A DNA stretch of 14,897 nt from a virus: the UHGV virus genome UHGV-0249804. One strand, given 5' to 3'. Within the stretch, counting starts at the first letter, position 1, and every line of letters starts with the position of its first letter. Positions 1 to 7,334 of the stretch are shown here, one piece after another. The notes below the pieces were generated by a model. The model did no database searches, had not been told where the DNA came from, and saw only the letters and a program-made list of their open reading frames with translations. A program made the position numbers and the translations under genes.

Positions 1-23
1 TAGCCATTTGATTCACAAGGCCA

Positions 24-52
24 TTGACGCATCGCCCGGTTAGTTTTAACCT
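24..52 (+). promoter_or_regulatory. putative sigma70 promoter of the tRNA-Thr gene
   Basis: TTGACG hexamer at 24-29 with an A/T-rich hexamer 16-17 bp downstream, about 40 nt before the tRNA 5' end. Position and consensus only. Confidence 0.3.
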
Positions 53-92
53 TGTCCACCGTGATTCACGTTCGTGAACATGTCCTTTCAGG

Positions 93-168
93 GCCGATAT
101 AGCTCAGTTGGTAGAGCAGCGCATTCGTAATGCGAAGGTCGTAGGTTCGACTCCTATTATCGGCACCA
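93..168 (+). tRNA. thrW: tRNA-Thr, anticodon CGU
   Basis: 76-nt sequence GCCGATATAGCTCAGTTGGTAGAGCAGCGCATTCGTAATGCGAAGGTCGTAGGTTCGACTCCTATTATCGGCACCA folds as a cloverleaf with a GTTCGA T-loop and CGT in the anticodon loop. I recognise it as the enterobacterial thrW-type tRNA, a known attachment site for P22-like phages. Confidence 0.93.
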
Positions 169-182
169 TTTAAATCAATAAG

Positions 183-1346
183 TTACACATCACTAGTACC
201 TTCCTTATTTTTTGACTGGGACAAATTTGGGACCGATGGGTTCAGGATCGAGTCTATTTGCCGTGCATGTTCGGTAAGGTGATTAGGTGCGAGGTGAGCA
301 TATCGACGAACCATTTCGATAGACTCCCAGCCTCCCATTTCCTGTAACACTGACAACGGGACTCCGGCTTGAACCAGCCAACTTGCCCAGGTGTGTCTCA
401 AGTCGTGAAATCTGAAATCATCAATACCTGCTCGTCTCAGCGCCGCTTTCCAGGCTGTGTTTGCGTCATACCGCATCTTCCTGACCGTTGGCGCTTTCGT
501 TCCGTCTGGTTTGGTACAGCTTTCCTTGTACACAAATACCCAACGGTGATGATTCCCGATTTGTTTTTTCAATACGCGACATGCAGTATCATTCAGCGCA
601 ACGCCAATTGCGCGGTTTGATTTACTCTCTTCCGGGTTTATCCATGCCACCCGGCGCTGCATATCTATTTGTTGCCATTCAAGGTTGATGATGTTCGAGC
701 GTCTTAAGCCTGTTGCCAGTGCAAATTCAACAACAGACTTTAATGGCTCCGGACATTCATCAATCAGCCTTTGTGCTTCATGGGGCTCCAGCCAGCGGAT
801 CCGTTTATTCTTTGGTTGAGGCACTTTAATAATTGGTGCCTTATCCAGCATTTTCCATTCACGCTCTGCGGCTCTTAGTAGGGCCTTTATAAATGAAAGA
901 TGCGTAGCCTTCGTTGCAACGGACGCTGGTTTTGGCGTGTATTCTGGAACAGGTTTCCCTTTTTTTCTGCATGCTTCTGCCCTGAGTTTCCAGTTTTCCT
1001 CATGACGCCGGTTCGTCATTTTCTGCATTGCTGAATAAATTTTTGATTCAGTAATGTCTCTTAGTTGCATTCCTGCGAAATGTTGAAGCCAGAATCCGAT
1101 CCGGCTTTTGTCATCGTCCAGTGATTTTTTATGTGCTTTCTCTTCAAGCCACCTGACACACGCTTCCTCGAACGTTATATCAGGTATTTCACCAAGTTTG
1201 CTGACCCGCCATGCTTCAGCCTTTAGCTTGTCATGGAGTTCTGTCGCCTGCCTTTTGTCCTTTGTTCCAAGAGACTGTTTAAATCTTTTACCGTTCGGCA
1301 ATGTGAAACTGGCGTACCATATTTCACCTCTGCGGAAGAGTGACAT
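183..1346 (-). CDS. int: tyrosine site-specific integrase, P22 Int-like
   Basis: 387-aa ORF, recognised from memory as near-identical in its N-terminus to P22 Int ([47 protein letters not shown]...). C-terminal [16 protein letters not shown]...RYAHL carries the catalytic R-H-R-Y signature. Ends 15 nt from the tRNA. Confidence 0.95.
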   Translation of the reverse strand: MSLFRRGEIWYASFTLPNGKRFKQSLGTKDKRQATELHDKLKAEAWRVSKLGEIPDITFEEACVRWLEEKAHKKSLDDDKSRIGFWLQHFAGMQLRDITESKIYSAMQKMTNRRHEENWKLRAEACRKKGKPVPEYTPKPASVATKATHLSFIKALLRAAEREWKMLDKAPIIKVPQPKNKRIRWLEPHEAQRLIDECPEPLKSVVEFALATGLRRSNIINLEWQQIDMQRRVAWINPEESKSNRAIGVALNDTACRVLKKQIGNHHRWVFVYKESCTKPDGTKAPTVRKMRYDANTAWKAALRRAGIDDFRFHDLRHTWASWLVQAGVPLSVLQEMGGWESIEMVRRYAHLAPNHLTEHARQIDSILNPSVPNLSQSKNKEGTSDV

Positions 1347-1573
1347 TTTCTTTCCTCTGTTATGCCATCACCCGCGCTCACCTGGACAGTATGCAGCGGA
1401 GACTGAAGAGCCGCAATGCAGGCTTGTCGTGTTGTGAGGTAAGGAGATTTATTCTTAGTGGGATCTTTGCGTGTTGCCTGAAGACGCCCTGTGCGTATCC
1501 AGTTAATGGCAGTCGGTCTGGATATCTTGAGAAAATGACAGGCCTCATCGAGTGTGAGGCTGTATGGCTCCAT
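1223..1573 (-). CDS. xis: excisionase, P22 Xis-like
   Basis: Internal Met of the 144-aa ORF gives a 116-aa protein [66 protein letters not shown]... resembling P22 Xis. Overlaps the int 5' end in another frame, and its ATG overlaps the upstream gene's stop (TAATG). Confidence 0.8.
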   Translation of the reverse strand: MEPYSLTLDEACHFLKISRPTAINWIRTGRLQATRKDPTKNKSPYLTTRQACIAALQSPLHTVQVSAGDGITEERKCHSSAEVKYGTPVSHCRTVKDLNSLLEQRTKGRRQNSMTS

Positions 1574-1878
1574 TATTTCACCTCTTGCTGTGACATTGTT
1601 GAAAAATGGATACCAGCTCGTTGCTGCCAGACGATCCAACCGAGAGTCATATCCCATGCCATGTATTCGTTATCGCCGTTTTTTGCTCTCCGACGATCTA
1701 CTAAGTCACCGAAACGCTTTTCCATGAATAATTCATAAGCTTCGCGTTCATCTGGTTCTACTTCCAGCGATAGGAGTGCGATTTCATAAGCACGGCGCTC
1801 AATATCGTCTCGCACGTCAAGGCTGCTGATACGCTCTTTAATTTCTTTAATCAGTTCTTTGTCGGTAAAAGTGATCAT
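1573..1878 (-). CDS. hypothetical phage early protein (101 aa, acidic)
   Basis: Clean ORF in the int/xis operon; stop and start overlap neighbours by 1 nt, implying translational coupling. No recognisable motif. Confidence 0.6.
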   Translation of the reverse strand: MITFTDKELIKEIKERISSLDVRDDIERRAYEIALLSLEVEPDEREAYELFMEKRFGDLVDRRRAKNGDNEYMAWDMTLGWIVWQQRAGIHFSTMSQQEVK

Positions 1879-2240
1879 TATGCTCCAGCCTCCGGTGCTT
1901 TTGGCATTATTGCCCAGTGAGTGATATTGACGTTTTCAAGGTCCCCGACCTGAAATGTCCACTGCCATTCTCCGGTTTCTTTTTGTCCCCAGGTGTACCA
2001 GAGAGAACGCCAGCCAATTAGCCAGCCTTCTCCGTTAGCATCGAATAACAAAACACTTTCATTTGCTGGTGGCAGTTCAGCTGACACTGGTATTACTTTG
2101 TTTTCCTGTGCTGCACATTTAGCTTCAAGCGCATCGAATTTACGCACCAGGTATTCAGCATCTGTTTCATTTACTTTCAGATCTCGCGGTACACATCTCC
2201 CACGAAGAAACCCTTCCATTTCGAAAACATTCATGCGCAT
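1878..2240 (-). CDS. hypothetical phage early protein (120 aa, Trp-rich C-terminus)
   Basis: ORF in the same minus-strand operon, coupled to flanking genes; function not recognisable from sequence. Confidence 0.6.
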   Translation of the reverse strand: MRMNVFEMEGFLRGRCVPRDLKVNETDAEYLVRKFDALEAKCAAQENKVIPVSAELPPANESVLLFDANGEGWLIGWRSLWYTWGQKETGEWQWTFQVGDLENVNITHWAIMPKAPEAGA

Positions 2241-2767
2241 TTGCGTAACTCCGATAACTCGTTAAAACGTTCCATAAACATCCCGTAGGCATGGCCCGGT
2301 GCCTGTGGAATCACTTTGAACATCTCTGTTGCCGGGATACCTTCCAGTACAGGCCAGAAAGAGCCATCATCAAGCCCGAGATCGCGGCGTTCGGTTGCCA
2401 GCATAATGAGATCGGCATATTTCACTGGCGTGCTCATAACAGGAGGTAACCCGTATTTCTCACGTATTACGGCGTCTATTTTTTCTTCCATCCGTTTATA
2501 GTCAGGAAGAAGTCGTTTCAGTGGTGCGGGGATGTCCTGGCAATATGCTTCTGTTGCATCATGCATTAAAGCTTCAAAAGCAAATTCCTGTGGCACCAGC
2601 TGGCTGCAAAGCACCGCATGTTGGGCGACACTGTAGAAGTGTGAAAGATGTCCTGCAAAGCGACAGATATTTGAAAGGGAAACCGCGATATCGTTAATAA
2701 CGATGTCGTCTTTATTTATCCTGTCATAATAAAAATGCTTCCCGGAAAAAGTTTTAATAAATGACAT
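2231..2767 (-). CDS. HD-domain metal-dependent phosphohydrolase-like protein
   Basis: H...HD signature (AGHLSHF...AQHAVL...ALMHDATEAY). Preferred start is the ATG at 2767 (MSFIKTF), preceded by GGAG with 6-nt spacing; the ORF-track start at 2794 is a GTG without an RBS. Confidence 0.65.
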   Translation of the reverse strand: MSFIKTFSGKHFYYDRINKDDIVINDIAVSLSNICRFAGHLSHFYSVAQHAVLCSQLVPQEFAFEALMHDATEAYCQDIPAPLKRLLPDYKRMEEKIDAVIREKYGLPPVMSTPVKYADLIMLATERRDLGLDDGSFWPVLEGIPATEMFKVIPQAPGHAYGMFMERFNELSELRKCA

Positions 2768-2991
2768 TTTGTTCTCCACGTATATGCGCTGCACCGCGCT
2801 GAATTCGGGTAAAAGGAAGCCCTCACCGTCCGGCGATTATTGAGTCAATTACATTTCCATAAATGCCCCCGTAGGGGCGGTTAGTTTCTCCACAAAACAG
2901 AGAAGAACACCTGCGGTGGCAGCCGCCCGGATGGATTGGGTTACCTCATGGCAAAAAGTCCCGGATTCAGTGTGATGATGACGAAGGCATT

Positions 2992-3186
2992 ATGATAGAC
3001 AGTTGTGTGGCTCGGTTGAGAAAGTATAAACCAGAGGAATATGAGCTAATCATAGCTCACTTTGTCATTGGTATCTCATTACGCACTATTGCCAAGAAGA
3101 GAAGATGTTCAGATGGCACAGTTAGGAAAAAATTGCAGACTGCCTTGGGGTTTGTTGAAGGATGTATTTGTTTGATTGAGTTCTAA
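2992..3186 (+). pseudogene. C-terminal remnant of a Q-like late antiterminator (sigma region-4-like HTH)
   Basis: 64-aa ORF with an HTH-like segment (ISLRTIAKKRRCSDGTVRKKLQTALGFV), sitting at the early/late junction just upstream of the lysis region. Only about 200 bp lie between it and the upstream gene, too little for a full Q. Family assignment is from memory of Q-protein C-termini. Confidence 0.45.
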
Positions 3187-3188
3187 AA

Positions 3189-3212
3189 AGAATGAGGCGT
3201 AAGCCTCATTCT
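3189..3212. terminator. bidirectional rho-independent terminator between convergent genes
   Basis: Perfect 10-bp stem AGAATGAGGC / GCCTCATTCT with GTAA loop, A-run on the left and T-rich tract on the right. Overlaps the stop codon of the minus-strand membrane-protein gene. Confidence 0.7.
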
Positions 3213-3775
3213 TTATCTTTAATTATAAGTTTCGATTTTTCATCATGCATTTTGTCTATCATAAAATACATACCTAATGCCGTTGTGTATATAATGTTGC
3301 ATATGGTACTTAAATAAATAAACAAAAGTAATGATTTCACTAGTGGATATGATGAAAGGTGTAATTCCTTGATGCTTGCGCTGGTTAGTTGAAGTGCTCC
3401 TCCAACGAAATACAGCGCGATGCTCATAAACGCTAAATAACCAAATAGATAAGTGAGGAATTTACGCCTTGTAAGTTTTTTACCTTTTAATACCGGAGGT
3501 ATGCCATGCATAACTTCATCCATACCATCCTTACTGAAGGTTGCAACTGCAGCCATAGATGCAATGTAAAAACCAGATAGTATTTGAAGTATCCCGTTTA
3601 CTAAAGACACAAGACTATCCTTCCCGAGAAGTGAGATGGTTTTCGGTAAGTAATAGATGGATAAAGTAATAATTGCAGCAGTGAAAATGGGTAAAACCCA
3701 GTCAAAAAATCGCTTCTCAGGATGCTTTATGCGTAGGTAGTCTATAGGTGTAAAAACCTTAGATAAAACATACAT
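3206..3775 (-). CDS. small polytopic membrane protein (190 aa, four predicted TM helices), second gene of the AT-rich cargo operon
   Basis: ATG at 3775 preceded by AAGGAGG with 6-nt spacing; the ORF-track start at 3868 would overlap the upstream gene. Four hydrophobic segments of about 21-29 residues (about residues 22-43, 55-80, 106-128, 145-173) and a charged C-terminal tail. Sampled 60-mers are about 32% GC. Confidence 0.75.
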   Translation of the reverse strand: MYVLSKVFTPIDYLRIKHPEKRFFDWVLPIFTAAIITLSIYYLPKTISLLGKDSLVSLVNGILQILSGFYIASMAAVATFSKDGMDEVMHGIPPVLKGKKLTRRKFLTYLFGYLAFMSIALYFVGGALQLTSASIKELHLSSYPLVKSLLLFIYLSTICNIIYTTALGMYFMIDKMHDEKSKLIIKDKE

Positions 3776-3807
3776 ATATGCCTCCTTTTGACAGGTTTTC
3801 CATGCCT

Positions 3808-4743
3808 TCACTTTAACATAAAGTTTTGCATTTTTGCGAGAAGTTCTTCGTGAAATGCTGTTTGGCAAACGGCAATTGTTGATGCCAACACTGCTTTTTC
3901 ACGTTGTGCCAATTGTGCTGTTGCGAGTTCCTGTAGGCTCATTTCTTTTCCGATGGAAACAAGATCTGATGAAACGCGTTTATTTTTGTCTTTATAAGAA
4001 ATTCTTAACATTGTATACTTTCTACCACGAAGTTTGTCATATGCAGACTTAATCGCCTTAATTGCACCCTCTCCGCGACGTATTTTTGTTGATAGCTTTA
4101 GTGTTTCTTCTTCAACCATTACTGTGCCATCATCATCTAAAGAGTTATCTTTAAAGCGACGAGTAGCAGTAAGTCCACATAAATAACCAGTGGATAGAGA
4201 TTGCTCAAGTGTTGTTGCAGCCAAAAAATCAATGTCGAAAATAGGTCTGCACTTAAGTTCTTTTTTCCCTCCTGAACGGATAAAGGAAAAATTATTTTCT
4301 CGCAGGAAATAAGTTAAAGCTTGGGCTAATAAACCTCTGGTAATGCCCGGAACTTCTTCTAAAATTGCCTCATAACAATCTTGGAATGATGAGTCGCTCG
4401 GTCTTTTTTTGATAAGCACATGAGCAGAGTACCCCATACCTTCATCATTTTGCTTTTTCTCAATTCTGGTTTCACCAGTTTTTATGTTGGAAAAGGCGGG
4501 ATCAGAAGCATCTTTATTTATATATTGAAAAAGCAATTTCAGGTAATTTTCATCGTCTTTTATGGATAGCAATCTTATGACAGAACGTCCTTTGTTTAAT
4601 TCGTAAACAGCTTCTCCTTTGTTATAGCGATTTTTTAAAACAGGAATACAGTTTACTAAAGGCATGTCAGGTGCGTCATTAGGATACTTCTTTAAAGTAA
4701 CCTGGCATTTGATCATGAAACGTTCATTATCTCCCAAGAGCAT
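3808..4743 (-). CDS. hypothetical 311-aa soluble protein, first gene of the AT-rich cargo operon; possible nucleotidyltransferase-like motif
   Basis: Long ORF with an AAGGAA RBS 6 nt before the ATG, in AT-rich DNA (sampled 60-mers about 25-37% GC). No family recognised; residues 158-172 (GGKKELKCRPIFDID) fit a minimal hGG-x10-DhD pattern. Confidence 0.8.
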   Translation of the reverse strand: MLLGDNERFMIKCQVTLKKYPNDAPDMPLVNCIPVLKNRYNKGEAVYELNKGRSVIRLLSIKDDENYLKLLFQYINKDASDPAFSNIKTGETRIEKKQNDEGMGYSAHVLIKKRPSDSSFQDCYEAILEEVPGITRGLLAQALTYFLRENNFSFIRSGGKKELKCRPIFDIDFLAATTLEQSLSTGYLCGLTATRRFKDNSLDDDGTVMVEEETLKLSTKIRRGEGAIKAIKSAYDKLRGRKYTMLRISYKDKNKRVSSDLVSIGKEMSLQELATAQLAQREKAVLASTIAVCQTAFHEELLAKMQNFMLK

Positions 4744-4822
4744 ATCTGTTCCTTATACGAGCACTAATACTGATTGCTGTTTTTAGTTCAGCAGAACCAA
4801 AGGTTAACTGATTGTGCTTGAT

Positions 4823-4852
4823 AGTATATATTTTTCACTAACGCGTACGCAA
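4823..4852 (-). promoter_or_regulatory. putative promoter of the AT-rich two-gene operon
   Basis: On the minus strand, TATACT (-10) with TTGCGT about 18 bp upstream, roughly 80 nt before the ATG at 4743. Hexamer match only. Confidence 0.3.
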
Positions 4853-4898
4853 AAAGTATTGTATCGTGTTAAGAGTGGTTACTTCGCCACACAACTTA

Positions 4899-4922
4899 AA
4901 CCCGCCGCTGAGCGGTTTTTTT
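4899..4922 (+). terminator. candidate rho-independent terminator (short GC hairpin plus T7 run)
   Basis: CCGC-TGA-GCGG hairpin followed by TTTTTTT, in the intergenic region upstream of the small ORF and methyltransferase. Confidence 0.4.
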
Positions 4923-5044
4923 GTACCTGTAAACTTGGTGCAGTACAGTAAACACGCTGGTGGTCGTGAATACTGACTTTTTATCTTGCTGGCTTTTTAG
5001 ACAAGAGTTATTGGTATGTCATGTTAACCAGAAGGAAAAAAGAC

Positions 5045-5239
5045 ATGCTAAAACAGCTAGATATGACAGAAACGGCGAAAGTTGTTTTTAATGAATTAAG
5101 CGTCGAACCGGCAACAGTCGGGGAGATAGCACAAAACACATACCTTTCACGCGAACGCTGTCAGTTAATACTGACCCAGCTGGTTATGGCGGGGCTGGCA
5201 GATTACCAGTTCGGCTGTTACAGACGCCTTCAGCAATGA
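5045..5239 (+). CDS. small protein (64-72 aa), possible winged-helix DNA-binding regulator
   Basis: ORF 5021-5239. The ATG at 5045 has an AAGGA RBS 9 nt upstream; the 5021 ATG has none. The C-terminal part (TVGEIAQNTYLSRERCQLILTQLVMAGLADYQF) resembles small PapI/FaeA-type winged-helix proteins by pattern only. Confidence 0.45.
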   Translation: MLKQLDMTETAKVVFNELSVEPATVGEIAQNTYLSRERCQLILTQLVMAGLADYQFGCYRRLQQ

Positions 5240-5388
5240 AGGGCTTTTAATTTGTGAAAATGGGCGGCTGGTGGGTGTTGGTAGCACCTGCCAGCCATTC
5301 GCTCATGCTTACTGGTCACAAGCGAACCACGGCCCACTGCTTTAGCGCAAAAGCAAAGTGAGCCTACCAGAGTTACGCTTACTGATCC

Positions 5389-6441
5389 ATGAAAAATACT
5401 GTAAAAATAAACAGTGTTGATTTAATCAACGCTGATTGCCTGCATTTTATTCAGTCCCTGCCTGATGATTCCATTGACCTGATAGTTACCGATCCGCCGT
5501 ACTTCAAAGTGAAGCCCAACGGCTGGGACAATCAGTGGGAAGGGGACGAAGATTACCTGAAGTGGCTGGACCACTGTCTGGCCCAGTTCTGGCGGGTACT
5601 GAAACCATCCGGAAGCCTTTACCTGTTCTGTGGACATCGCCTGGCATCTGATATCGAGATCATGATGCGTGAACGTTTCAACGTGCTTAACCATATCATC
5701 TGGGCGAAGCCGTCTGGACGTTGGAATGGGTGTAATAAAGAAAGTCTGCGCGCATATTTTCCCGCCACAGAGCGTGTTCTGTTTGCTGAACATTACCAGG
5801 GGCCATATCGCGGCAAAAGTGACGGCTATGCGGCAAAAGAAAGGGAACTCAAACAGCACATAATGGCACCGCTGATTTCGTATTTCAGGGATGCTCGTGC
5901 CGAACTGGGTATAACGGCAAAACAGATTGCCGAAGCCACAGGTAAGAAAAATATGGTTTCCCACTGGTTTGGTAGCAGTCAGTGGCAGTTGCCGAACGAG
6001 GCTGACTACCGGAAGTTGCAGGCACTGTTTTCTCGTATAGCGGCAGAGAAGTTTCAGGAACAACAACTGGAACAACCACACCACCAGCTGGTGGCATCTT
6101 ATGATTCACTGAATCGCAAATATTCTGAATTGCTGGATGAGTTTAAATCTCTCCGGCGCTATTTCTCCGTATCAGTCTCCGTGCCTTATACCGATGTCTG
6201 GATGCATAAACCCGTTCAGTTCTACCCGGGTAAACATCCGTGTGAGAAACCGGCGGATATGCTCAGGCAAATAATCAATGCCAGTAGTCGACCAGGCGAT
6301 CTGGTTGCTGATTTCTTTATGGGATCCGGTTCCACAATAAAAGCAGCAATGGCGCTGGGGCGTCGGGCGTTAGGTGTTGAGCTTGAGTCAGAGCGGTTTA
6401 ACCAGACGGTGAAAGAGGTAAGTGAACTGGTGGGGAAATAG
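5389..6441 (+). CDS. DNA N6-adenine/N4-cytosine methyltransferase, beta class (DPPY ... FxGxG order)
   Basis: 350-aa ORF with motif IV DLIVTDPPY near the N-terminus and the AdoMet-binding motif I DFFMGSGST near the C-terminus, typical of N6_N4 amino-methyltransferases. A roughly 100-aa insert (about residues 150-260) is rich in helix-forming residues. GC is about 50%, unlike the AT-rich operon. Confidence 0.9.
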   Translation: MKNTVKINSVDLINADCLHFIQSLPDDSIDLIVTDPPYFKVKPNGWDNQWEGDEDYLKWLDHCLAQFWRVLKPSGSLYLFCGHRLASDIEIMMRERFNVLNHIIWAKPSGRWNGCNKESLRAYFPATERVLFAEHYQGPYRGKSDGYAAKERELKQHIMAPLISYFRDARAELGITAKQIAEATGKKNMVSHWFGSSQWQLPNEADYRKLQALFSRIAAEKFQEQQLEQPHHQLVASYDSLNRKYSELLDEFKSLRRYFSVSVSVPYTDVWMHKPVQFYPGKHPCEKPADMLRQIINASSRPGDLVADFFMGSGSTIKAAMALGRRALGVELESERFNQTVKEVSELVGK

Positions 6442-6446
6442 TTCTG

Positions 6447-6470
6447 GTGGCCACGTTGCGTGGCCTTTTT
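6447..6470 (+). terminator. rho-independent terminator downstream of the methyltransferase gene
   Basis: GGCCACG-TTG-CGTGGCC hairpin followed by TTTTTATTT, starting 8 nt after the methyltransferase stop. Confidence 0.6.
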
Positions 6471-6518
6471 ATTTCCAACACAGCACCCGCAAATAATCGC
6501 GAGGTGAGAGATGACGAA

Positions 6519-6854
6519 ATGCCTCATAACCCAAATACCTGGCCAGACTGGCTGGAGTTGTTTCAGAGCTGGTGGCGTGGAGATACGCCACTGGGCGCAG
6601 TGATTATGTCGATCGTTATGGCTGGCTTGCGCATTGCCTATTTTGGCAGTGGTGGTGGCTGGAAACGAAAAACGCTCGAGATTTTGCTCTGTGGCGCTCT
6701 GACACTGACCTTTGCATCCGCTCTTGAGTATGTCGGATGGCCTAAATCACTTTCTGTTGCCATTGGTGGTGGGGTGGGGCTGATCGGGGTCGATGCTATT
6801 CGTGGGGCTGCAATGAGGGTAATCGGTAACAAGTTTGGTAGCTCGAAGGAGTAA
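6519..6854 (+). CDS. putative holin (class I-like, three hydrophobic segments)
   Basis: Immediately upstream of the endolysin gene. ATG at 6519 is preceded by GAGGTGAGAG; the ORF-track start at 6447 lies inside the terminator hairpin and is rejected. Three hydrophobic stretches and a charged C-terminus. Confidence 0.75.
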   Translation: MPHNPNTWPDWLELFQSWWRGDTPLGAVIMSIVMAGLRIAYFGSGGGWKRKTLEILLCGALTLTFASALEYVGWPKSLSVAIGGGVGLIGVDAIRGAAMRVIGNKFGSSKE

Positions 6855-6857
6855 TTT

Positions 6858-7334
6858 ATGCAGGTACTAAATCCCCAGCGTAAAGCTTTCCTTGATATGG
6901 TGGCCTGGTCAGAAGGAACGGATAACGGGCGACAACCGACACGTAACCACGGTTATGACGTTATTGTCGGTGGAGAACTCTTCACTGATTACTCCGATCA
7001 CCCTCGCAAACTTGTCACGCTAAACCCGAAACTCAAATCAACAGCTGCAGGCCGTTATCAACTTCTTTCACGCTGGTGGGATGCTTACCGTAAACAGCTT
7101 GGCCTGAAAGATTTTTCTCCAGAAAGCCAGGACGCTGTAGCTCTGCAGCAGATTAAAGAGCGTGGTGCTTTACCGATGATTGACCGCGGCAATATTCGTC
7201 AGGCAATCGACCGTTGCAGCAATATCTGGGCTTCACTGCCGGGCGCTGGTTATGGTCAGTATGAACATAAAATTGGTGACCTGATTGCAAGGTTTAAAGA
7301 GGTTGGCGGGGTGGTAAATGAAGTTGAGCTATAA
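6858..7334 (+). CDS. R: endolysin, lambda R-type lytic transglycosylase
   Basis: 158 aa, recognised from memory as near-identical to lambda R over most of its length (...NQRKAFLDM.AWSEGTDNGRQ.TRNHGYDVIVGGELFTDYSDHPRKLVTLNPKLKST.AGRYQLLSRWWDAYRKQLGLKDFSP...). Confidence 0.93.
   Translation: MQVLNPQRKAFLDMVAWSEGTDNGRQPTRNHGYDVIVGGELFTDYSDHPRKLVTLNPKLKSTAAGRYQLLSRWWDAYRKQLGLKDFSPESQDAVALQQIKERGALPMIDRGNIRQAIDRCSNIWASLPGAGYGQYEHKIGDLIARFKEVGGVVNEVEL

Noticed and set aside
369-1738. Plus-strand ORFs (83, 66, 109, 132 aa) overlapping int and xis
   Set aside because: Antisense to well-supported integrase and excisionase genes, with no independent support.
3834-4052. 72-aa plus-strand ORF inside the 311-aa gene
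   Set aside because: Antisense to the longer, RBS-supported minus-strand ORF in AT-rich DNA; no start context.
3206-4743. Assigning the two-gene operon to Kiwa or RexAB
   Set aside because: Kiwa, as I recall it, has the membrane protein first; here it is second. I see no sequence resemblance to lambda RexA/RexB. The similarity is architectural only.
5422-6109. 220-aa and 74-aa minus-strand ORFs, and the 64-aa plus-strand ORF, inside the methyltransferase gene
   Set aside because: Antisense or out of frame relative to a gene with clear catalytic motifs; no RBS; low-complexity translations.
3808-6441. Reading the 311-aa protein and the methyltransferase as a type II restriction-modification pair
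   Set aside because: The two genes differ by about 15-20 points in GC content, are in separate divergent transcription units with a terminator between them, and the 311-aa protein shows no PD-(D/E)xK-like motif I could recognise. Not fully excluded; see findings.
6447-6518. Upstream ATG (6447) as the holin start
   Set aside because: Those codons lie within the terminator hairpin right after the methyltransferase stop and have no RBS; the ATG at 6519 has a GAGG-type RBS.
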